A stretch of DNA of 64,000 bases, taken from a virus. Where the stretch lies: positions 32,001 through 96,000 of the IMG/VR virus record IMGVR_UViG_3300044797_000185; one strand, written 5' to 3'. Positions 28,063-35,710 of the stretch are shown piece by piece; positions within the stretch are counted from its first letter, which is position 1; each line of letters begins with the position of its first letter. Under the pieces are notes generated by a model. The model was not told the DNA's origin. It made no database searches and saw only the letters and a program-made list of their open reading frames with translations. The position numbers were made by a program, and so were the translations under genes.

Positions 28063-28518
28063 ATGAACTTACAAGATATTTTAAATTTAATTTTAGGTTT
28101 TTTTACTTCTACAGGAAGTGCTCCTTCACCTGTTGCCCCCCTACAAAAAATGATTACAATAAAAAGAAATGATACTTCCCCCGCTGGTATTTTTGGAAGT
28201 ATTTCTTTAAGTTGGGATTCATGGACTGGGGTATCACTTGAAAATATTTCCTTAGCTATTCCTACAGGAATTTATTCTCTTGTGTGGCATGTAAGTCCAC
28301 ATCTTGGCAATGCTACTGTTCCTATGCTCGTCGATGTTGTTGGTCGTACAGAAATTCTTCTTCATTGGGGGAATGTTGAAAGTTGCTCAGAGGGTTGTAT
28401 TCTCTGTGGTACTATTCGTGACGGAGATGCTATTGATACCACACAAGCAGCTTGTAAAATACTTTTTGCAAAAATTGATGCTGTTGGAATAGAAAACGTA
28501 AAAATTACCGTCGAATAG
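28063..28518 (+). CDS. DUF5675-family protein (candidate cell-wall peptidase/endolysin)
   Basis: AIPTGIY..SPHL..RTEILLHWGN..SEGCILCG motif. Confidence 0.7.
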   Translation: MNLQDILNLILGFFTSTGSAPSPVAPLQKMITIKRNDTSPAGIFGSISLSWDSWTGVSLENISLAIPTGIYSLVWHVSPHLGNATVPMLVDVVGRTEILLHWGNVESCSEGCILCGTIRDGDAIDTTQAACKILFAKIDAVGIENVKITVE

Positions 28519-28541
28519 ATACTTACCTACCTTAATAAACC

Positions 28542-28570
28542 TTGACAAAGTAATTTCTTTCTGCTATACT
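28542..28570 (+). promoter_or_regulatory. Sigma70-type promoter (leaderless mRNA)
   Basis: TTGACA-17-TATACT; ATG at 28577. Confidence 0.85.
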
Positions 28571-28576
28571 CTTCCT

Positions 28577-28933
28577 ATGAATCCTCCAAATCTTTTATGT
28601 ATATCGTGTGAAAATCAACTTTTTCAAGTTGGTCTGTTGCTTACTACACAAATTGGACCCTTTGTTTGCTGTGATGTATGCAGAGCACTTTACTATATTG
28701 ATGTTGTTGTAAAACCTGATAATACCTCTTTGATTGTAATTCAACCAACAAGAATGCCTCCTGAAGAAGAGTTTGATATTATTCGTCATTCAATTTCTAG
28801 TACTCCATTAAAAGAATGTTTATTACCTCCAAAAGAAAGATCTACACCAGTTCAACCACAGGATTTAAAATCAGTAATTACTTCTTCAGTTACTCCCTCA
28901 GATCTGATTAGGCGGTTACATGATTCTAAATAA
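28577..28933 (+). CDS. Hypothetical Zn-ribbon protein
   Basis: CISC...CCDVC. Confidence 0.6.
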   Translation: MNPPNLLCISCENQLFQVGLLLTTQIGPFVCCDVCRALYYIDVVVKPDNTSLIVIQPTRMPPEEEFDIIRHSISSTPLKECLLPPKERSTPVQPQDLKSVITSSVTPSDLIRRLHDSK

Positions 28934-29240
28934 TCTCAAATGCCATGTTTGCGAAACAAAGAAAGATCATAAATTTTCTCAATGCTTGAGTTCTGATTGC
29001 CAGTGTCAATGCGTGAAAGAAATTTATACAATGAGTCCGAATGCACAGGAAGATAAAATTACACAAGAGCATCCTTTGTTTTTGAATGTCTCCCCTCCTG
29101 AAGTAATAAAGTTGCGAAATAGGGATGGAGAGATTGCTAAATTTAACAAGATTGATAAGACAAGATGGATAGACGAAACAAAAGAAGATAAACGAAAAAA
29201 GAAAAGTAACGGTTTAGATTATTGGGGCGATAAGATATAA
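28920..29240 (+). CDS. Hypothetical Cys-rich protein (paralog of 38946..39266)
   Basis: CHVC..DHKFSQCLSSDCQCQC. Confidence 0.6.
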   Translation: MILNNLKCHVCETKKDHKFSQCLSSDCQCQCVKEIYTMSPNAQEDKITQEHPLFLNVSPPEVIKLRNRDGEIAKFNKIDKTRWIDETKEDKRKKKSNGLDYWGDKI

Positions 29241-29243
29241 AGA

Positions 29244-30020
29244 ATGATTTTTTTAAAAAATTCGGAGCATATAGAGTCAATTAAGAAAGCTGGAACAATC
29301 TTATCGGATTGTCTCAGCTTTTTGTCATTACAGGTCAAACCTGGAGTAACAGGTTTGCAGCTTGATAAGTTGGCTGAAGATTTTATTAGGGCTCAAGGAG
29401 GAATTCCTACTTGCCTTAATTATAGAGGTTTTCCCAATAGCGTTTGTATTTCTGTTAATTCAGGAGCTGTTCATTGTATTCCTAATAATAAAACTATTAA
29501 AGAAGGGGATGTTGTAAAATTGGATTTAGTAGTTAACTATAAAGGATGGAATGCTGATAGTGCACTCACAGTTCTTGTGCCCCCTGTCCAATCTGAGGTA
29601 AGAAAGCTTGCAGAAACGACTTACACAGCAATGCTATTGGGGGTAGGACAGGCGATTGAAGGAAATAGGGTCTCAGATATCTCTAAAGCTATTTATGAGG
29701 CTAGAAACGAATTTGGCGTAATTAAGGAGTTTTGTGGACATGGAATTGGACGAGATATTCATGAAGCTCCACAAATAAGTAATGTTTCTACTAAAAAAGA
29801 GAAGGATGATTTACTTGTAGCTGGCATGGTATTATGCATTGAGCCAATTATGTGTATTGGAGATCCTTCTATATTTTATGATCCTAAGCAATGGGATACC
29901 TGGGTATTATCAGGAAATATAGTTTCGCACTGGGAACATACCGTTTTAATTAAACCTAATGGAGAATTACCTGAAATTTTAACTTTGAGAAAGGAGGAAA
30001 AACAAAATGGCTGTTTATAA
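29244..30020 (+). CDS. map: Methionine aminopeptidase type I
   Basis: FPNSVCISVNSGAVHCIP, DVVKLD, ADSALT, FCGHGIGRDIHEAP, CIEP, HWEHTV. Confidence 0.96.
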   Translation: MIFLKNSEHIESIKKAGTILSDCLSFLSLQVKPGVTGLQLDKLAEDFIRAQGGIPTCLNYRGFPNSVCISVNSGAVHCIPNNKTIKEGDVVKLDLVVNYKGWNADSALTVLVPPVQSEVRKLAETTYTAMLLGVGQAIEGNRVSDISKAIYEARNEFGVIKEFCGHGIGRDIHEAPQISNVSTKKEKDDLLVAGMVLCIEPIMCIGDPSIFYDPKQWDTWVLSGNIVSHWEHTVLIKPNGELPEILTLRKEEKQNGCL

Positions 30021-30741
30021 AGCTAGACAATTTTGCCCACTGGGGCATAATAAAATTATTGAAGGCAAATTTGAGAATGGACATTGTATAGCTTGTTCTA
30101 AGCTTCCTAAAAAACAGATTTGCATACATGGGATTGATACATTCATTTGTGGAAGAACTGGCAGGGCATGTAATGAATGCAGAAGAATTGCTGATAGAAA
30201 AACTAGGCAGTTTTGCCCCAGAGGACATGATACTTTTGTAACTGGAAGAAATAAGAGAAATAGAAGATGTCTTGCCTGTGCGAATTTTCCAGGTAAACAA
30301 TTTTGTGTTCATGGGCATAATACTTGGGTAACAGGTCGTTATGGAAAACATTGTAAAGTTTGTATAGATATAAAGAATAGAAAGTATGAAAGAATTCAAA
30401 GAAAAATAAATATTAATTTTAGAGTAGCTTGTGCTTTGAGAAATCGTCTTTATTCTGCTTTAAGAGGAAATTGGAAAACTGGTTCTGCAATTAAGGATTT
30501 AGGCTGCTCTATGGATTTTTTGATCGCTTATTTGCAGGAGCAATTCTATGCTGATATGACATGGGACAATTGGGGAACTTATTGGGAGATTGATCATATT
30601 GGAGAATTAGCTGATTTTGACTTATCTAAACGAAGCCAATTGTTAAAGGCAGTTAATTATACAAATTTAAGACCCTTAACAAAACCAGATCATTGGAAGA
30701 AGTCAGCCCAAGCTAAAAGAGATCGGAAAAATAAGTCTTGA
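30007..30741 (+). CDS. HNH endonuclease with four N-terminal C-x2-(G)H...CxxC repeats
   Basis: Repeats FCPLGH, ICIHG, FCPRGH, FCVHGH; C-terminal LGCS..MTWDNWG..WEIDHI..NYTNLRPL. Confidence 0.8.
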   Translation: MAVYKARQFCPLGHNKIIEGKFENGHCIACSKLPKKQICIHGIDTFICGRTGRACNECRRIADRKTRQFCPRGHDTFVTGRNKRNRRCLACANFPGKQFCVHGHNTWVTGRYGKHCKVCIDIKNRKYERIQRKININFRVACALRNRLYSALRGNWKTGSAIKDLGCSMDFLIAYLQEQFYADMTWDNWGTYWEIDHIGELADFDLSKRSQLLKAVNYTNLRPLTKPDHWKKSAQAKRDRKNKS

Positions 30742-30766
30742 CAAAGTTATCTACTTGTGTTATAAT
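30738..30766 (+). promoter_or_regulatory. Sigma70-type promoter
   Basis: TTGACA-17-TATAAT. Confidence 0.85.
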
Positions 30767-30800
30767 AATAGTGTAGCAAATGAAATTAAGGGAGATTATA

Positions 30801-31451
30801 ATGGAACTTTCAAGATTTTACTTTCGCTGTACTTGGTGTGAACGTGTAGTATCTGTAAATTGTTCTTCTGAAGAAGTTAACGCAGTTATTAAGGCTCCTT
30901 GTCCTCTTTGCAATGAAGTGGCATTACGAGTAATGGGTCGTGTTGAGAAATCTAATATTGTTCGAACATCTGTTAAATCTGCATGTGACGAGAGGTGTAC
31001 AAACGCTCAGGGACCGCATTGTTCCTGCGAGTGCAGCCAAGTCAACCACGGAACAAAAAAGCTTATTTCGTTTGACAAAATTGTAGGTAAGCTTTCAGTT
31101 GTGAATGCTGAAATGCTTAATAATAACGAGGCATATCTTCAGAGGATTAAGAGAATGGCTGAAGCTAAAAATAAAATTAAAGTTAATGTCATTGCCTTTT
31201 TGACTTGGAAAAATAAGAAGATTTTAGATTGGTTAAAACAACCTGGAAATTCTTCTTGGCGACTTGCTTATGAAGAATATCATGCATATCAGGTGTATAA
31301 GAAAACTCTTGAAAGAATAGATAAAATTGAAGATTTAAAAAGTATTCAAAAGAAGATTAATTCCCTTACAGGTCTTATTAAAAAAATTGGGTCCAATCTG
31401 GAATATTTAGAAGCTATTTTTGATAAGAAACAGGAACAGGTAAAAGTATAA
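30801..31451 (+). CDS. Hypothetical Cys-rich protein
   Basis: CTWC, CPLC, CDERCTNAQGPHCSCECSQVNHG; SD agggag before ATG 30801 (track start 30780). Confidence 0.65.
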   Translation: MELSRFYFRCTWCERVVSVNCSSEEVNAVIKAPCPLCNEVALRVMGRVEKSNIVRTSVKSACDERCTNAQGPHCSCECSQVNHGTKKLISFDKIVGKLSVVNAEMLNNNEAYLQRIKRMAEAKNKIKVNVIAFLTWKNKKILDWLKQPGNSSWRLAYEEYHAYQVYKKTLERIDKIEDLKSIQKKINSLTGLIKKIGSNLEYLEAIFDKKQEQVKV

Positions 31452-31555
31452 TAAAAATTGGTTCTATTGAAAGTACTCTTACAGCCTATTTATAAAGTAG
31501 ATAAGTATAAATAAAATAAATAGGCTTAAAAAGCATAATTTCAAGGAGAATTAAA

Positions 31556-32392
31556 ATGAAAATAGATTTTATGGAAATACCTTTAAAAAATAATAAAAAA
31601 GCAATTGTAGATGCAGAAGATTATCCACGTCTTATTAAATTTAGATGGTGGTTATTTAAAAATAACTGTATTGCTACAGGTATTGGTAGTAAAAAATTAA
31701 AAACAAGAAAAAATGTTCCTCTATCTCATATGGTATTGAATCTTGTTGGAGGATCAAAAAAAGATGTTTCTTACATTGATGGAAATTTCCTAAATAATAG
31801 AAAATCAAATTTAATTGTAAAAAGTTCTCGAACAAAGCTTATTGGAAAAAAATTTGGCAGATTATTGGTTATTTCATTTCATCATTATGATTCAAAATAT
31901 AGAGTTCTTCATTGGGAATGTAAATGTGATTGTGGAAATACAACAGTAGTTCCTACTACAAGTCTTCAACGTAAGGAAAGACCAAGTATCTCTTGTGGGT
32001 GTTGGAGATATGATAGAGTAACTGGTCAACCAGCTTCAAATAGATTACTTAAAGGAAGAGCAAATTTTAATTCATTATTTTATACTTATAAAAAAGCAGC
32101 AAGACAACGAGATATAGATTTTTTTCTTGTTAAAGAAGAATTTCAACAATTAACAAAAGATAATTGTTACTATTGTGATAGTAAACCTATACAAATCCAT
32201 GGGAAACAGGGTACATATGGAACGTATTTTTACAATGGCATAGATCGTTTGGATTCTAATAAGCCTTATGTATTGGGTAATTGTGTTCCATGTTGTAAAA
32301 CTTGTAATTATGCGAAAAGAGAAATGTCTGTTACAGAATTTAAGACTTGGATTACTCAAGTGTATAATTATTTTGGAAAGCGAGGAGAATAA
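31556..32392 (+). CDS. HNH homing endonuclease (degenerate N-terminal HNH_3-like plus C-terminal HNH)
   Basis: VSYIDGNFLNNRKSNL; WECKCDCG..SCGC; CYYC..NGIDRLDSNKPYVLGNCVPCCKTCNYAK. Confidence 0.85.
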   Translation: MKIDFMEIPLKNNKKAIVDAEDYPRLIKFRWWLFKNNCIATGIGSKKLKTRKNVPLSHMVLNLVGGSKKDVSYIDGNFLNNRKSNLIVKSSRTKLIGKKFGRLLVISFHHYDSKYRVLHWECKCDCGNTTVVPTTSLQRKERPSISCGCWRYDRVTGQPASNRLLKGRANFNSLFYTYKKAARQRDIDFFLVKEEFQQLTKDNCYYCDSKPIQIHGKQGTYGTYFYNGIDRLDSNKPYVLGNCVPCCKTCNYAKREMSVTEFKTWITQVYNYFGKRGE

Positions 32393-32395
32393 TTT

Positions 32396-32596
32396 ATGAA
32401 ACAATATATCCATAAAGATGCATTTTATAATCTTCTTAATTTAGTAATTGGAGCAGGACTTTTCTTTTATAGCTTTCATGTTGGTGAAGGTACATTGATT
32501 GGTGGGGCAATGCATTTATCGGGCTGTGCTTTTTTTTGCTGCGGCGTACACAAGAAATGGTGCAAAGATTCTTGTGAAGAAAAGGAATGTTGCTAA
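32396..32596 (+). CDS. Small membrane protein
   Basis: Two hydrophobic segments; SD gaggag. Confidence 0.55.
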   Translation: MKQYIHKDAFYNLLNLVIGAGLFFYSFHVGEGTLIGGAMHLSGCAFFCCGVHKKWCKDSCEEKECC

Positions 32597-32610
32597 TTAG
32601 GAAATTTAGT

Positions 32611-32699
32611 ACACCCTTAGCATAATGGTAGTGCAGCGAGTTTATACCTCGTAAGTCCTAGATTGGGGCGTGATGTAGGTTCGACTCCTACAGGGTGTA
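32611..32699 (+). tRNA. tRNA-Ile(UAU) with long variable arm; CCA not encoded
   Basis: Acceptor ACACCCT/AGGGTGT, D arm GCAT/GTGC, anticodon arm GCGAG-TTTATAC-CTCGT, 22-nt variable region, T arm GTAGG-TTCGACT-CCTAC. Confidence 0.82.
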
Positions 32700-32721
32700 C
32701 TAAGTTTCTTGAAAAATTAGT

Positions 32722-32824
32722 GCTGAGGTAGCTCAATGGTAGAGCAGTTGTTTTGTGAGCCTAAAATTGCGAGTGGGCTCATATAAACAACAGGTTGCAA
32801 GTTCGAGTCTTGTCCTCAGCTCCA
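32722..32824 (+). tRNA. tRNA-Thr(UGU) with 28-nt insertion in the anticodon loop; CCA encoded
   Basis: Acceptor GCTGAGG/CCTCAGC-T-CCA, D arm GCTC/GAGC, anticodon stem GTTGT/ACAAC, T arm GCAAG-TTCGAGT-CTTGT; removing 32757-32784 gives loop TT-TGT-AA. Confidence 0.8.
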
Positions 32825-32831
32825 ATTTCTT

Positions 32832-33014
32832 ATGGATCATGACATCTTTTCTGATTATTTTTGTATTTGTGGATGTCTTTACGAAGATCATGCTGATCAC
32901 GAGGATGGTTGGTGTATGGGATGCTTTGTTCCACCAGACATGATACGATGTGAAGCATTTAAGTTAGACAACTTAAAGTATTTAGAACAACAATATGAAC
33001 GAAGAACAAAATAA
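32832..33014 (+). CDS. Cys/His miniprotein, NLxYLE family
   Basis: FCICGC..DH..CMGC..CEAFKLDNLKYLEQQYE. Confidence 0.65.
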   Translation: MDHDIFSDYFCICGCLYEDHADHEDGWCMGCFVPPDMIRCEAFKLDNLKYLEQQYERRTK

Positions 33015-33240
33015 TTTCCCTTGTAAGTGTGGTCATGAAGAAGTTCGTCATGGTATTGAAGAAGAACTTTACGGTGGGTATGTTTGGCTTGATGATTTAA
33101 ATAAAGAAGTTTGGCAGGAGGATTCACAACCTATACCCATTTGTTATGATTGCAATGGTTTTTGTGTATTTGGATCAATGAATAATTTAGAATACTTGGA
33201 ATGGAAACATGCTCAATCACAATCATCCAGCAAAGACTGA
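32995..33240 (+). CDS. Cys/His miniprotein, NLxYLE family
   Basis: FPCKCGHEEVRH..CYDC..C..NNLEYLEWKH. Confidence 0.65.
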   Translation: MNEEQNNFPCKCGHEEVRHGIEEELYGGYVWLDDLNKEVWQEDSQPIPICYDCNGFCVFGSMNNLEYLEWKHAQSQSSSKD

Positions 33241-33388
33241 TATTCCATGTACCTGTGGACATCCAAGTGATGTTCATAGAGGATATGATCCTTATCATTG
33301 TTGGAGCTTTGGATGTTTTTGTGATGCATATGTTCCAGATAAATTAAAGTATTTAGAAAAACAATATGATATACGAAATTCAAATTAA
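33209..33388 (+). CDS. Cys/His miniprotein, NLxYLE family (59 aa, not in ORF track)
   Basis: Hand-translated ..IPCTCGHPSDVH..CWSFGCFCDAYVPDKLKYLEKQYD.. Confidence 0.65.
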   Translation: MLNHNHPAKTDIPCTCGHPSDVHRGYDPYHCWSFGCFCDAYVPDKLKYLEKQYDIRNSN

Positions 33389-34820
33389 TAATGTTAAATC
33401 TCAAATAATGCAGCCTCTTCCAGAGGTTGTAAGTAAGGCTTTACGTTCTAAGCTATCCGCAGAGATGGTTGGGGCCTTATTTGCACGTCGGGCTAATCCT
33501 TATGCTGGGGTGAAATATTTTTTTACTCCAAAGACTCAGATGTTTCCTACTGGCATGATTCATTTGGTACGGGATGTACTTGATAAATTTCATCTTGAGT
33601 ATGAACACATTGATTGTCGTCCTTCCGTACAGTTGGGGCAGGAATTGCCTTTATTTGATGTACAGCTAAGAGATTATCAATTAGGGGCAGTGAATTTGGC
33701 TGTACAGAAGCAACGAGGAATTATCAGAGCTGGTACAGGTGCGGGAAAGACAAGCATTTTGTCAGGTGTTATCGCCAAACTTAATGTTAAGACGCTCATC
33801 CTTATTCATAAGACTGATATTTTTTATCAGTTAATTAAAAATTTTGAACGAACTCTGAAAGTTCCAATTGGACGAATAGGTGATGGAGAATGTGACTTTC
33901 AAAATGTGACTGTTGCAATGGTTCAAACTGTCGCACATGTGTTTGATCCTAAAGTAAAGGTGTTAGCTAAGGATAACAAGATATTGGCAGAAAAGAGTGA
34001 AGCAATTAAACAGTTTCTTTCAGAAGTAGAATGTGTATTAGTAGATGAAGCTCACCATATAGCAGCTGATACATTCTGGGATGTGATGCAAGGAATTCCA
34101 AAAGCCTTATATAGAATAGGGGTAACAGCAACGGCCTTTCGTGAAGATAATATGGATATTATGCTAGAAGGAGCTTTAGCTCAAAAGTTTGTGGATATTT
34201 CTTCATCTGATTTGATTGACCGAGGTTTTTTAGTGCCACCCACAATTTATTTATATCCTGTTGATCATCCGAGAAGGCAGAAAGGTGATCCTTATAGCCT
34301 TGTATACAGTGAAGAAATTGTTCAGAATGTAGACCGTAATCATACCATATGTAATCTAGCTCTTAAAGCAAAACAGGCAGGAAAAGCTGTATTGATAGCT
34401 GTAACACAGATTGAACATGGAGAGATATTAGAAAAAATGCTGCAATCTGTTGATCCCTCTGCTATATTCGTAAATGGGCAGTCTAAGTCTGAAATGAGAC
34501 AAAAGACATTGAAAGAACTTGGTAATGGAGTCAATAGAATTGTCATTGCTACAAATATTTATAGTGAAGGTGTTGATATGCCAGCTTTATCGGTGCTTGT
34601 TAACGCAGCAGGGGCAGCATCTGGTATTCATTCATTGCAATTACTGGGTCGTGTGCTCAGAAAAGCTCCAAATAAAGCTAAAGCTTGGGTAGTAGATTTG
34701 CAGGATACTGGTAAATTTTTAAATAACCATTCTAAGGAAAGAGTTAATATCTATTCGACAGAACCACGATATCAATTAGTTCCTGTTAAGACTATACAAG
34801 AGGTGGATTTTAATGGTTAA
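33366..34820 (+). CDS. SF2 DEAH-box helicase (UvsW/Rad25-like)
   Basis: LRDYQ, GTGAGKT, DEAHH, TAT, EGVDMP, QLLGRVLR. Confidence 0.93.
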   Translation: MIYEIQINNVKSQIMQPLPEVVSKALRSKLSAEMVGALFARRANPYAGVKYFFTPKTQMFPTGMIHLVRDVLDKFHLEYEHIDCRPSVQLGQELPLFDVQLRDYQLGAVNLAVQKQRGIIRAGTGAGKTSILSGVIAKLNVKTLILIHKTDIFYQLIKNFERTLKVPIGRIGDGECDFQNVTVAMVQTVAHVFDPKVKVLAKDNKILAEKSEAIKQFLSEVECVLVDEAHHIAADTFWDVMQGIPKALYRIGVTATAFREDNMDIMLEGALAQKFVDISSSDLIDRGFLVPPTIYLYPVDHPRRQKGDPYSLVYSEEIVQNVDRNHTICNLALKAKQAGKAVLIAVTQIEHGEILEKMLQSVDPSAIFVNGQSKSEMRQKTLKELGNGVNRIVIATNIYSEGVDMPALSVLVNAAGAASGIHSLQLLGRVLRKAPNKAKAWVVDLQDTGKFLNNHSKERVNIYSTEPRYQLVPVKTIQEVDFNG

Positions 34821-35457
34821 GATAATTTGTATTAGTGATACACATACTTACGAAAATTTTGAAGTACCTGACGGGGATATTCTTATTCATTCTGGAGATA
34901 TTTCATTTAGAGGTACTTTTGCAGAAATGAATAGAGGCATGAGATGGCTTAGTAAGTTTCCCCATAAGCACAAGGTATTCGTTTGTGGAAACCATGACTG
35001 GCTGGGTGAGACAGATCCTTTATTGATGCGAGAGTTGGCAGAGGAGAATGGGGTCATTTATTTGGATGATAGTGGCATTGAATTAATGGAACTTCGAGTT
35101 TGGGGAAGTCCTGTTCAACCAGCGTTTTGTAATTGGGCTTTTAATAAACAACGTGGTGAAGAGATTGCTAGACATTGGGCAAAAATTCCTGATGACACGC
35201 AAGTACTTGTTACTCATGGTCCTCCAATGAGTATTCTTGATTTAGTAGATAAAGGAACTTCCCAGGAAGCACATGTTGGTTGTGAAGAACTTCTAAAACG
35301 AGTAAATCAATTGAAGGATCTTCGTTTGCATATTTTTGGGCATTTGCATGATAATAATGGTCAATTTAAGGATTCTTTTGGTAAACTTTTTGTTAATGCT
35401 GCTATTTGTTCAGAAGAATACAAACCTATTCAATCCCCCCGCATAATTACCCTCTAA
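34813..35457 (+). CDS. Calcineurin-like metallophosphoesterase (MPPED-like)
   Basis: ISDTH, HSGD, GNHD, VTHGPP, FGHLH. Confidence 0.92.
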   Translation: MVKIICISDTHTYENFEVPDGDILIHSGDISFRGTFAEMNRGMRWLSKFPHKHKVFVCGNHDWLGETDPLLMRELAEENGVIYLDDSGIELMELRVWGSPVQPAFCNWAFNKQRGEEIARHWAKIPDDTQVLVTHGPPMSILDLVDKGTSQEAHVGCEELLKRVNQLKDLRLHIFGHLHDNNGQFKDSFGKLFVNAAICSEEYKPIQSPRIITL

Positions 35458-35466
35458 AAATATCCC

Positions 35467-35495
35467 TTGACAGATTGTTATTTACCTGCTATACT
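35467..35495 (+). promoter_or_regulatory. Sigma70-type promoter for tRNA-like ncRNA
   Basis: TTGACA-17-TATACT; predicted start site about 35501-35502. Confidence 0.85.
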
Positions 35496-35500
35496 TATTT

Positions 35501-35597
35501 TGAGGAGTCAATGTGGGTTCGAATCCCACTTTTGCCATTTGGCGAAATAGCTTAATTGGATACTGAAAAGGGAACCATAAGGCAAAGCAGCTCCTCA
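35501..35597 (+). ncRNA. Circularly permuted tRNA-like RNA (T arm, acceptor stem closed by a loop, D arm)
   Basis: TGAGGAG(35501-07)/CTCCTCA(35591-97) closing stem; GTGGG-TTCGAAT-CCCAC T arm; TTTTGCC-ATTT-GGCGAAA acceptor hairpin; TA; GCTT/AAGC D stem with AATTGG loop start. Confidence 0.8.
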
Positions 35598-35609
35598 CAA
35601 ATTTTGTTT

Positions 35610-35690
35610 CTCCTCTAGGTAGTTAGGATTAAGTTCTTAACATAGCGTTCAGGGAGAGGAGCTAACGTGGGTAGAGTGAACGTAGCCCAC
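35610..35690 (+). promoter_or_regulatory. Structured 5' leader / second RNA domain upstream of deacetylase gene
   Basis: CTCCTCT/AGAGGAG stem enclosing GTTAGGA/TCTTAAC hairpin, followed by GTGGG/CCCAC hairpin. Confidence 0.4.
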
Positions 35691-35710
35691 ATAATATAAA
35701 GGGAGATACC

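Noticed and set aside
35501-35699. Two-piece tmRNA (permuted order; downstream GCT AAC... reads ANVGRVNVAHII*)
   Set aside because: Acceptor has C3-G70 rather than the G3-U70 alanine determinant, a full D stem is present, no UA upstream of the putative resume codon, no evident pseudoknots. The AN start is probably coincidence.
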